DNA of 62,411 nucleotides, the filler included, from Sluysia triapertura (taxonomy: Eukaryota): NCBI GenBank assembly GCA_046118255.1. It is 4 parts of 4 records of this genome, joined end to end, with 100 filler letters (N's around TTAATTAATTAA, not from the genome) between each part and the next. Parts side by side here need not be neighbours in the genome. Positions count along the whole stretch, not along the records: positions 27,556 to 50,068 come from JBJNIA010225127.1; 3 more parts are not named here. The stretch is one strand, 5' to 3'. A program made the position numbers and the translations under genes. The notes beneath the pieces are model-generated. The model saw only the letters and a list, made by a program, of their open reading frames with translations. It made no database searches and had not been told where the DNA came from. Positions 37,001 to 48,128 of this stretch are shown piece by piece. Position 1 is the stretch's first letter, and every line of letters begins with the position of its first letter.

Positions 37001-38205
37001 CAGATATAGAAATGAATGATGGAAAATGATTTTCAGAAGGTAGTCTTCTTCTCAATATTTCTCTTTGTCTGCTAAACTTTTCTAATTAGTTCTTTCTTGA
37101 AGTCCATTAATGAGAAATTTATCGAATTTCGTATATTGAAGAAAGAAATATTCAAAATGTAGAAAAAAAGTTTTTCTTAAAACATTTAACTATTTTTATA
37201 ATTTTTTATACTTTTCTTTCGCACAACATGTTTTGGTATCGAATCAATTTGATATAAAGATCTCTGAAAAATTTCTATCGTTTGGTGAATCATCTTTAAA
37301 AAACTACCAGATAGACATAGTCAAAGCATAAATATCCAATCTTTTCTGCAAAATGTCTCTCTCTATCAACAGGAGATGAGTATTGAGCTAAACCTCCAAC
37401 AGAGAATTTAATATTAATAGAATAAAATAATTATATAAAATAGTAATTTAAGTTAAAAGTTATTTGATCAGAACTGCCGATATAAATTGCGTAAAAAGCA
37501 TAAAATCAAAACTAGAATCAAGTCAAAACCAAAGTAAGCAAAAGGATCACAAGAGTATCATTAAGTATCTCTAGTTACAAATATGTACTCGGCTTCAAAC
37601 AAAAGATATCAAAGAAATAGCATAAAATGTACGAAAATTAAACAGAAAACTAAATAGATACATCTGATTTTTATTCCATGTTTCAATTTTAATTTCATCG
37701 ACTGCGCGATTATCAAGTCCATCAACAACCTCGATTAATCGATTTAATTTATAACTAGATTATTTTAATGCCGTCTTCGACTAATTAAATTGCTTGAATT
37801 TATTATTTAATATTCAAATAGCATATTACCAAAACATTCTAAAACTTACCAATGTTTTAGCTCCCCTTGAAGATCGTTTCCCTACTTTTTTCTTCTTACT
37901 TTTCTTCTTCCCTAATGGAGCAGACTTTAAGGCATTTACATCTTCAACTTTATTAGCATCATCGACAGATAATCCTATTAACGTTGCACTAACATAAAAA
38001 ATCACATCAATAACCCTAATTTATTAAATTTTAATATCGCAGTTAAGTTAAGATTAAAAAAGCACATTACGTTATTTAAATCATTTTAATTACTTGTCAG
38101 TCATCTTAATCATTATTCATATTCAATTTTATAAAAAATGCTTTACCTAATATCCGAAGATTTGGATGGCTTCTTCTTTTTAAATTTTTTCGATTTTAAT
38201 GTCAT
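31038..38205 (-). CDS. EF-hand Ca2+-binding protein with Lys-rich N-terminus and possible ubiquitin-like C-terminal domain (~300 aa, 7 exons)
   Basis: Phase-compatible exons: 38205-38147 (MTLKSKKFKKKKPSKSSDI), 37988-37850 (..GKKKSKKKKVGKRSSRGAKTL), 36663-36468 (..FKQLDKEGTGEISYDQFKAG, EF-hand 1), 35685-35562 (..RLLDTDGNCGIDFNEFDKG.., EF-hand 2), 34039-33968, 33490-33374 (WIKCTIMLVTF...LTDIIR) and 31239-31038 (QQKHLATNEIKLF...TMEDCGYRGG...KLFYDF...stop). An N gap in intron 5 could hide an exon. Confidence 0.85.
32185..32262. repeat. 39-bp tandem duplication
   Basis: AAGAACAACTATTTCAGTTTAAGAAATCAGCATCAAAGA occurs twice. Confidence 0.9.
32843..33143. mobile_element. hAT/Charlie-like MITE in the EF-hand gene intron
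   Basis: Imperfect TIRs CAGGGCTGGCCA and TGGCAACCCAG. 8-bp TSDs ATCTAACA and GTCTAGCA match at 6/8 and are close to the Charlie NTCTAGAN target. Subterminal GAGCC/GGCTC motifs. Confidence 0.65.
33518..33650. other. Scaffold gap (133 N)
   Basis: N run without linker. Confidence 0.95.
35780..36443 (+). mobile_element. Cluster of tRNA-related SINE-like fragments in the EF-hand gene intron
   Basis: B box GGTTCGAATCC at 36217-36227 within GCGAGAAGTGGCGGGTTCGAATCCCGGTCAG, and a related copy GCGAGAGGTTCGGTTCCGAATCTCGGTCAGTC at ~36411-36442. A shared body TGAGCCCAnnnATCGAATACCCTTCTGAT occurs at 35833-35861 and 36244-36272. The GGTCAG 3' end is the same as in the copy at 29709. Confidence 0.6.
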
Positions 38206-38353
38206 TTATTAATCCATTGACAACTATGATATTTAAACAATGGTATTTTGTTTTTTTATTTTTTTCTGAAACCAAAATAAACTCGTTATTTATTTTATTT
38301 CAGTTTTATTCAATAATTATGTAAAAAGAAATTATGAGAATTTATTTTATTGC
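38206..38353 (-). promoter_or_regulatory. 148-nt intergenic spacer with AATAAA signals and an unpaired 3' splice acceptor (candidate SL trans-splice site)
   Basis: Minus strand after the Siah-like TGA: several AATAAA motifs and a U-rich tract, then TTTATTTTGGTTTCAG (AG at 38267-38266), 60 nt before the EF-hand ATG. Confidence 0.45.
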
Positions 38354-41145
38354 TCAATTATTATGCAGCAATAATTGAGAACTACTTTTAATATAAGACC
38401 TATCCAATGGTTGCAGTGGTTCTTCATTCACCTGCAATTTGAAAATAATGTACATTTTCGTTGCTGCTAGTGTAAAATTAACTTCACTAGCTTTCAAATC
38501 TAGTACTTGTTTATAAGACGTAGAACCAGTAGTACCAGTTGTGTATATTTTATGCATGTTGTCGGTGGCAGAAATAACTCGAATTTTGTCTTTATGAATA
38601 TATTCTTTGCAATGCAACGTCACTCTAAAAGTAAATAAATTTTATATAGATATTTTTATTACATATTAAATGTTTTTTATCATTGAATTTAGTGTTGAAT
38701 AAGTCGAAAATTCATCAAAATAATTTTCACATTAATCAAGTTTTAATAAAAGAATTTTAACAACCTATACTTCATATCATCAAATTTAATACATTTAATA
38801 ATGTTTATTAGTAATTATTTTGACAACATACGTACACCATGTTTATAAGTTTTATTCTGCAGTAAATTATCATTATTAGTGATTATTTTCTTCAGGACTT
38901 ACGAAAATAAAACCTATAAATTTGTGTAAATTGTGCAATGTTTTACACAGTGAACTATCTTCGATGATTGTCACGTCAAAATTTTCGTCAAGATTTGAAT
39001 AAGTTTCCAAATAATTATCTTATTTTTGCTTAGTGGTTTTCAAGTTTTGTTTTATTTACAGAAATTTTAATGTTTTCAATTGATGATCATAATCAACAAA
39101 TTTCTTGTCAAATGTAGTTAGACAATCATCAGTATGGTTATTATTGTGTTGCGTCTTTATGTAAAATTATTAACAATAACTTGATAAATAAATTAACTTA
39201 AAATTTTCGATATATTTTAGTCATCGTAAAATAGGTACAAATTATTGATTATTCTCTAATTGCAGTAAACTTTCAGTGTTCACAGAATAAATGCAAATTC
39301 TAATTATAAATTAAAGCCTTTACGAATTCAATTAACATGTTATTATTGGTGTTACGACTTAAATCAATAATAACAATAACCCAATATCAATTTAATTCAT
39401 TTAAAATTTCACATGAATTCAACATTCACTAAATCAAGTACACTTATCACAAATTTTCTTATCTTAATAATGATATTTTACAACCCAAAAATTATTTGTT
39501 ATTTTCAAATAAAAATAAACAACTCAATACTATGACTACAAAAAATCAAATACAAGAATATGAGCAAATTAACTATAATCAAAAATCAACAACAATTCTA
39601 TTTATTAGCGATATTAAGCACACAAAGAAACCAGAGGTGATGCAGCAAGACTTAAAAATATCAATATCTAAAAAGTTGAAGATAATAATTATTATATATT
39701 TTCGAACATCCTTGTTATATCTTAACAGCAAAAATGATTTACAAAATAACCGGGCCAGGAAGCCTCCAAAAAATTCAGATTCATTTGGCGATAATTAAAA
39801 ATAATTTTAGTGGCAAAAAATTAACTAAATATCTCCCCAAAAGTTATTTATTTATCGTTTATTAATAAAATAATAAAAATAAAAAATGTTACCATAGTCG
39901 TGGATTTTCTTTTTTCATGATTACTAAACACATTACGATCAATTGTGATGAAGATTTTTTAAGTATTCGTTTTTATATTTCTGTATCGTCCAATCACTTT
40001 CAAACTCACAATCAGGAATTACTATTACACAAATCATCAAAACCTCTTTTAAAGATAAAACCGACTAAAACGATAACAGTTTATTCATCTATTTGATTAA
40101 TCCAATCTGTTTCAGTAAAATTGGTAATTTTAGTATTGTAATCAGTCACATGATTTCGAGGAGTAGTTTTAGTAACAAACACTTCTTATCGCTACAGTGG
40201 CTAATCCTAGTGTCTTGTGTTTTACTTGAACAAATTCAGCATCTAAAAATACCAATCGTTTTTTCAAATCCTAATAAAAATTCGTGGTTATTACCCACTT
40301 GCAATATTCTATCCTCAGGTATTGCATTTTTATTATAGGCAATATAAAAATAATTAAATGGTCTTTTCTTGTAAAATTCTAAACTCACAAGAGATTGTTT
40401 ATCAGGGAATGTTAAAGATAATGATTTATAGTAAAACTAAGATTTAACTCCTTTCTGCAGTCTGCACGTTTATTTCATTATTTACTGAATAAATTTGAAT
40501 CTCTACAGCATATGATAAATGTTTCGCTGTTACGTTATAAAAATATTTTGAATGATCGTTAATTAAAATCAAAGTTCTATTTCTGTGATTAAATTTTATC
40601 AAATTTGGTATTTTAATTACATTGACATATTCGAGAACATTTTGTTCCGTTGTTTTTATAAACTTATTAACTATATCAACATTAACTATATCAATTTTCC
40701 GAAATATATATAAGATCTTAATGTTCCGAACATGAAAATTGTAATATAATGATTGTATATGTTCACACAAAAAATGAATGAGTAAAATAATTAGTGATAA
40801 AAAACTAAGTAATAAAAATAATCAACGATAAAAATAACTAAGAAAGTAGTCTAATAAATAATGCGCCTCTCTTTTCTATGAAAAGTGAAATAAAATAAAA
40901 TAAATGATATTCATGCAGTCACTAACAATTACTGTTTCGTACTAAAGTATTAATGACAGTGAAGTTAGTGATTTAATAATGTGATTCAGTTCAATAATGT
41001 CTCATTAGTTATGCGATATTCTGGGAATCTTATAATTTTTTACGCTCTTATCCACCAATAAGTCAAACGTAGACTGTCGCGATTTATGCTTAATTAGACA
41101 GTCTGCAATATAAATAATTATAAAGAAATGAATGTAGAACTCTAA

Positions 41146-41203
<58 letters not shown>

Positions 41204-44200
41204 TATTGATCTGGGGGCATAGTACACCATAGAGTAAATCTGTTTTCAGGGCCACCTGTACTAGTGCTATTCGATATATTAAATGGCTATTTATTATAAT
41301 GTTTAGAGTATTTCATAATGTCATTTATAGCAGAAATGTTTATTTTTATTATTTTGGATAAATAGTTAAGCTAAAACATGACTTCTGTAGTCCATTCTGA
41401 ACACATATTCATTGGTGCGTATTTGACTCCGAATTTCTGGTGTCTTCCTTCAAAAACTTTACTATAATATGTCTAATAATGACATAATGATTTTGATTGT
41501 GTGGTTTACTTGAGAATATTACTTTTCTTTCTTCATGAAGCTTATCTACTCTGTAGGATAAGATAATGTTATAGTTTTGTTCGTTTATGTCTATATAACT
41601 AAACATAAATAAAATAAGTTGCCGTTATAATACTTAACTATTTTTCAACAAGTTCTGGAGATTCAAATTTTTCAATTTTAGTGTATCTAATATAGAGTAG
41701 GTTCTAGATATTTGCTTCATTATATTAATCCAATGAGTGTCCTTTACTTCTATATTGTAAACCGTATTTGAGCTAAGTCCTGAACATATATATTTATGAT
41801 GGTGTATTTCGTATTTAGCGGTATGAGTTTCATTTTCATTTGTACGTTCTACAGGTACGATATTTTCAAAAATTGCTCTGTTAGTTCCACTATAATATTA
41901 AAGTCCAGATTTGCCATAATTGAACCCTGTTATTGGATAAATCAACGCTTGTAGATGATGCAATAGTTATTAAAAAGTAACATCTTGTTATCATTAATGC
42001 AGTAGTCAAAGATAGATTAAATTGAGATATTTGTAAGTCGTTTTTTTTCATTCTTATTGTTGATATCTGAACTTCGTAAGTTATATTTTTTCGGTAAATA
42101 AATTTTTTACATCGATTCCTATGTATTGTAATAGTAGGTACATTATGCTTTCTATGTCTTCGAATTTATAGACTTTGTTCGGTTACATCTTGTATCGCAT
42201 ATGGACCATCATAAGGTTTGTATAATTTAGGACTTCTTCCTTTTTCGTGTAATTAAATCACATAATTAAATCACCTTTTTATATAATTTGGATTTTAATT
42301 TTCTATGGTAATTTTCTTTATAAGATTCTTGATTAAATTTAACATTTGATCTTACAAAACTTCTTTAAGTCTTTCCTTCATTTCCTGAAAATAGTTCTTT
42401 TGATCCATATATTTAGATATATTTGGTGTTAAAGTTAAATCCACTGGTAATCGCAAATACATAAGATAAGATATCCTCCAATTTCAATCTGCCAATAACC
42501 TGTTTGTAAATCTATAGACGTAAAGAAAATAGCATTATTTAGTTTATCTAGCATTTCATCAATTCGCGGTAATGGAAATGTATCTTTTTTCGTTACAATA
42601 TTTAATTTTCTATAATCAACACAAAGTCTGGATTTTCCATCTTTCGTTTTTACCATAACTATTGGAGAAGCTCATGGAGAAAAACTAAGGTTTATCACAT
42701 GATTTCGTTTCATATCATCAATTTGTTGGGTCACTTCATCTCTAAGAGCGTAAGCTAATCTATATGGTTTTTGTTTTATAGGCTTTTCGTCAGTATATAA
42801 TGTTTAATTATATTTGTTCGGCCTAAATCGGTTTCATTATTAGTGAAAACCGCCTGAAATTTGTTAAACAATTCCATAAATATCTTGTTTTGTTCCATTG
42901 TTAAATAGTCAAAATGAATATCAATTTGACTTAATAATTGAAGATTTTTCAGAGGGTCTTTAATTGATTCTATAGGTAATAAAGATCCAACACTAGTTCC
43001 CTTTCTCAATATCACATTAGAATTTGAATAATTTAATATTCTCAACGGGATAGTTTCATTATTTGTGCAAGTATTTTATCTAAGAAGACTTAACTTACGC
43101 TTGCAAAAATAATTATAGAGGTCAACTCGCCTAATAGATATGACTTAAATCTGAACAAAGGTGGTCTATTAGGATTTTAGAATTGAGTCACGTAATATTT
43201 TAAACTTCCAAAATCGGTCAAGAAGTTCCAAATATTTTCAAATTAACGTTTTAGTTAAATCTTTAAAAATCTATCACAAATATATTTAATTTAAAATGAT
43301 CTTTTAAATTAGCCTTTTTACGTTCTAACATATAATGAGAAAATTCAGATTTTAAGTTAGCCATTTACGGTCCAACCAAATAATTAGGTATTTAAAAGTT
43401 AAACTAGCCTTATTACGGTCTGGCAGGAAAACACTGATTTTATTTATTCACAATGAAAGAAAAATAAGACCCTAAAGTATATTACTAGACAATTCAAAAT
43501 TATGCAAGACAAATAACTATGCACAAATATGATACGCATAATTAATTTACCACCTAAATAAAAATATAGTGGATTTAATTTTAAAATTAGTTTAACTTAG
43601 CCTTATTACGGTTTAAGTACAAAAATAACTTTAATTTACGTATATTTTAAATTCTCCCAGTTACGGTGAGAATTGCAAAACTTAACATGAAATAATCATA
43701 CTTTCATGGATTTGAACTGGTGCTGATTGACAATTATGAATTTTGCGTAATGACTGCTGAAAATCCAGTAATTAAATACTCAATTTTCAGCCGCCATATT
43801 TGTTTTTTCTTATATTTACGAATTGATTCATTTGAACAAAATTTAAAAATAATTCGTTTAAACAAAATAAAATAATTTTTATAACATTTCAATTTATTTT
43901 ATTTATAAAATTGATTTAGTTGTATTTAAATTTATTTTATTTAATTTATAGATAATAAATTTAATAAGTTTAATTCAATTTGTAAAAGTATTAATATAAT
44001 AATTAATATGAAATTTAAAATATAATAAGTATAAAATTTAAAATAAAAATAAATGATAAATAAAATACTTAATGTTCAACAATTTAGTCAAATCAAAAAT
44101 CAAAAATTTAGTGTTCTCACATTTGTATTAACCAGCTCATTCGCAAAAGAATTGTCGGCTCAAAAAGTAAATTATCTTGTTAATTGGCACTAGTACTTCG

Positions 44201-47200
44201 CTCTAGCTAGGGATATCGATATCTGCAGGTATAACAAGATGCATATTCTCTATTGGTTAATATCCAATGAACGTAATTATTAATAGAGGGCTCAAATACT
44301 ATATCCTTTAATTGAGACAATGTAATCATTTCTATAAAGCACAGATAAGGCACATTTTTTGCAATTAATACGTTTTGATTTGTTCATTTTTTTCTCTCTA
44401 AACTATGATAAATTTTATTTTTTCGGGTTCGCCTGTGATATACGATTTATATCACACGAAGACGTATTCACAGGATGTTAAATGTCAAAACTACGATAAT
44501 GATTCCTTAATCTTGCGATAATATAAATCACATTGACTCGATTCTGAGGGTTAATGTACTGTTAGATTTCACTTTAGTTTAATTTAAATCATTTAATTCT
44601 TGTTTAATCAACTATACTATTTAATCTACCAAGTTAATTAAAAAGGTTATTACTTTACTTTAAATTAACTAATTTTATTCTATAATACTTTGCTTGAAAC
44701 TATATTAAATATTAATTTAACTAATCAAGACTTCAAAAATATATTTTAAACAAAATGGACAAACATATAACACAAAATTTAAAATTAAATGTAATAAAAT
44801 TATACATGTATATATAAACACTTCAAGGTATTTCTCCTTGAGTTTAACAAATACAATGAAAATTTAAATGGTTTTTAACTCAGGCGAATGTTTGAGTGAA
44901 TAAACAAATATTTTAAGTAGAATTTAACGCAAATATATTAATGCGAAACCTTAATAAAAATAATCATACTTATTTATGGATGTCAAAAAAATTTATTTGA
45001 TTCGAATAAATGTTTTGTCTGAGCAGTCAATTTACAAAATGTATAAATCCAACAATTGTGCTTTCTTTCTCTTTAATGAATAATTGTTTATTCAAACTTT
45101 CTTTGATTCTTTAACCACTCGACGAACAAATCTGAATTTTGTTGGTTTATTGAATAACGGTTTAACGCTTGTGTCTTAGTTAAAAAGTGTTGAGACTATT
45201 TATATGTTTAACTTGTTTTTAAATTCTGCCTATATTGTTGATTAAATAATTGATTAATAAATAATTCAAATTTATTTCTCGATTAAACAACTTTAAAATG
45301 AAGTTTTTGAAAATTGAATGAGAAAGGTTAAGTTTGAATCATTTACGGAACATCTTCTACCAATCTTATTAAATTCTATTATGTAATACTTATTATTATT
45401 CGTATGTGCAAGTGGAAATTGGAAAATATTTATTGCACCAGTAAGACACCTAAAAAGTATTAAGCAAATTACAGTTTTAATTTGACAATGTACTTTTACC
45501 CGTACATGATGCCCGCCTCATTCGTAAGGTGAATAAAACAAAAAACTAAGCATCCATGTTACAACTATACCCCTCGTACAACTGCACAATCAATAATAAG
45601 ACTAACTCGAAATGATAATTTAAATCCTTCATATGTGGACCAAGAAAAATAACTGCAATTCTGAATTTATCCATTCTTTTACATCGTTCATAGTGTTGTA
45701 CACTGCATAAGAAACCGTACCCATCGTACAGTAACAAAACATTGTATCGGAAATAGCCTGGAACATTGATATCTTCGCAAGTCATCATAAATTCAGTTTC
45801 ATCTAAACAAACAGTTTCTTTTTATTATTTAATGACAAATAATTTAATCGTTTTTAATATTATACTTAAGTACATTAGATATTTAAGGTCATTTGATTAA
45901 TAAAAAAATATTTAATATATTATGATTTAATTATTAAAATAAAAGAATCGTAAATGAAGATAAAAAAATTTAGCAGCAATTTTAGGCACAAAATATGACA
46001 CAGTAATAGTTACAATCAAGTTTTTTGAAAAATTTTATCACATGATAAAAGCAAATAACATATTTCAAATTTAATGACATTTTATTTTTGAATAACTTAC
46101 TTTGATAAAACATAATTTCGTGATTAATAAATCGTAAGTATATAAATATTCAAATTTATATCTATTTAATTAGTAATAGATAAAATTTGGATGCCTCAAA
46201 GATACTTTTGGAGCCGAAGTTAGTCATTTTATTTTTGACACAATTTGACATAGTTATAAGCAATAAGTACGCATTTCATCACAATTGTAATAATCTTTTA
46301 TTTATCTTTCATTTGACATGCCAATTCATCACTTGTATAGAATATTTCAGTATTTCATTTTACAGCATCATCAAGTTTATCACTGCTAATATCATCACTA
46401 TAAATAGCATTATGATTGTGATTATTTTCCGCCGCATTAATTTTTATATAACTTTAATGGATTACTTTATATTTTTAGGTATTATTTTAGTTTTATTTTA
46501 TAGTTATATTATTTTAATTATAATTTTAGTTTTTAGAATTAATTGATTTTCAGTTTTTCATACCAAATTTTCTAATAGAAAAATATTTAAGGTTATTAAT
46601 CTCACACCGATCATTCCACAAATATTTCAAATTCACTTCCAGATTCAATCATGCCATATTAAATTCATCACCCTTTCATTATTTCAACCTTTTCTAACTG
46701 AGAATTAATTAAAATTTGATTTTGTTCCATCTTAAGGTTTTTCTTGAATGAACTCTGTCAAACCATATCTTCATAAATGATCATTTTAAAATAATTAAAA
46801 CTTTGACCTAACATTCCGCATTCAAACGTACTTTTTAATTAATCTATTTTTAAACTTAATCTTTAAAGGTTTGAAAGTTGTTTGGTACTTTGTAAAACAC
46901 TCATAATGATCTAGATGCTCTCACCTTCAAAACTCTTATTATTTATGTTAATTATTAATGTATCAAAGTTATCTCTAATATTTCTCAAGTATTTTGAAAA
47001 TTTCAAGAACTTTAAAAGATTACCCCAAATGTCTCAAAAATTCTTAAAGGTTGATTAAGTCTCAAATGGTCTCAAGGAGAGCCCAATGATCTTAACACTT
47101 CATAAAGATCTTTGGAACTCTAAGGTATTCTTCAATACCTAAAATGATCATATATGTTTTCATTTTCATCATTCTCACTCCAACTACGTCTTATTATTCT

Positions 47201-48128
47201 ATGTTCTGCATCTCTCAAATCCACTTCTTTTTTATTTATCTGCCTATCAGAGTTTGGGTTAGATAGTTAGTAATAATGTGTAGAAAATGTTAAATTTTGA
47301 CTTATAATTATAAATATCCATTTTTTTTCGAAATTTCAGCCATATTTTACAAATGAAATAAATGTTTAAATAATAAACACAGTGTATTACTAATTTGAAA
47401 TACAAATACTTTCTACAACAGCCAGTTTCATAACGCCATCGGTAGATGTACCATCATCATTATCATCACCAGCGAGTTCACAAGATGTAGTAGCTTTTGT
47501 AGACTTTCTGGAATATTAAATATATTAATAATAATGACTGTGACAATTTACTGATTCGTCAATGAAACAACACTTATTAATAATGTTACTTATATATTTA
47601 GATTTTAGTTTAGTTTTTCTTATTAACAATGATTATTTATTAAAAACTTTTGTAAATGTATGTAGCCCAAGAAAATAAAAATTATTAAATGGATATAAAA
47701 TAAATATTTATTGAAATAAATAATAAAAACACCATGAAGATTTGAAAATGGCAATGAAAACAATTCACAAATACACTCAAAAAAATAATAAAATATAAAT
47801 AAGTAGCCAATGAAAGCGCTACACAAATTTGGGAATTGAAAACCCTCATGCAATATTACAATCACAAACAAAATTAAAGCAATGGATAAACAAGAAAATG
47901 ACTGTGGAGGACATTAATTTAACAAATATTAGAATAATTTTTACAGGAATTAAAATTTAATTATCTTAAAAATGATGGTAATAAACTAACCTGGAATTTC
48001 TTATTTTTTTCTGACTCTTTTCAGCACTCAAATGAGCATGTACCGTTAATAAATGAACTAATTCAGAAACTCCATCAAACGTAGCATCGTATGAACAATA
48101 AGGATCTTCTAGAGGACAATTTATAAAT
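38354..48128 (-). CDS. SIAH-like: Divergent Siah/Sina-like protein (Siah zinc finger and TRAF-like substrate-binding domain), 3' part
   Basis: Phase-compatible exons: 48128-47991 (FINCPLEDPYCSYDATFDGVSELVHLLTVH; cf. Siah [27 protein letters not shown]), 47507-47410 (acidic insert), 45802-45607 (ETEFMMTCEDINVPGYFRYNVLLLYDGYGFLCSVQHYERCKRMDKFRIAVIFLGPHMKDLNYHF; cf. [61 protein letters not shown]) and 38624-38354 (EVTLHCKEYIHKDKIRVIS...stop). RING domain and start codon not located. Confidence 0.75.
39883..40075. repeat. Dispersed repeat, copy 2 (shared with 13020-13206); probably part of a decayed transposon extending to ~40770
   Basis: See copy 1. It is adjacent to broken minus-strand reading frames, including ORF 40770-40444. 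Confidence 0.75.
41146..41203. repeat. (AAT)n microsatellite, possibly the tail of a minus-strand retroposon
   Basis: Perfect run adjoining a GC-richer block (41205-41270). It produces the poly-Ile ORF. Confidence 0.85.
41630..43070 (-). mobile_element. Ty3/gypsy pol remnant: RT N-terminus fused by deletion to integrase C-terminus, followed by an ORF3-like region
   Basis: DLGRTNIIKHYI..PIKQKPYRLAY..ASPIVMVKTKDGKSRLCVDYRKLNIVTKKDTFPLPRIDEMLDKLNNAIFFTSIDLQTGYWQI is a classic gypsy RT start. It jumps to LPVDL...GRSPKLYKPYDGPY (GPY/F motif, ~42200). Located in the Siah-like intron. Confidence 0.92.
43303..43673. repeat. Array of short hairpin motifs TTAGCCTTATTACGGT
   Basis: Copies with AGCC at 43311, 43359, 43406 and 43599, plus a variant at 43651-43673. 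Confidence 0.75.

Noticed and set aside
1018-38205. Calcium-signalling gene cluster (IR, IP3R-like, EF-hand)
   Set aside because: The three genes lie on different linker-joined contigs, so their proximity is artefactual.
38836-38860. Mini-exon IKLINMV in the Siah-like gene
   Set aside because: Direct splicing 45607 to 38624 is already in phase and aligns better with Siah.
41005-41220. Poly-Ile ORF
   Set aside because: (ATT)n microsatellite.
43303-43673. CRISPR array
   Set aside because: Repeats are short, variable and irregularly spaced, in a eukaryotic context with no cas genes.
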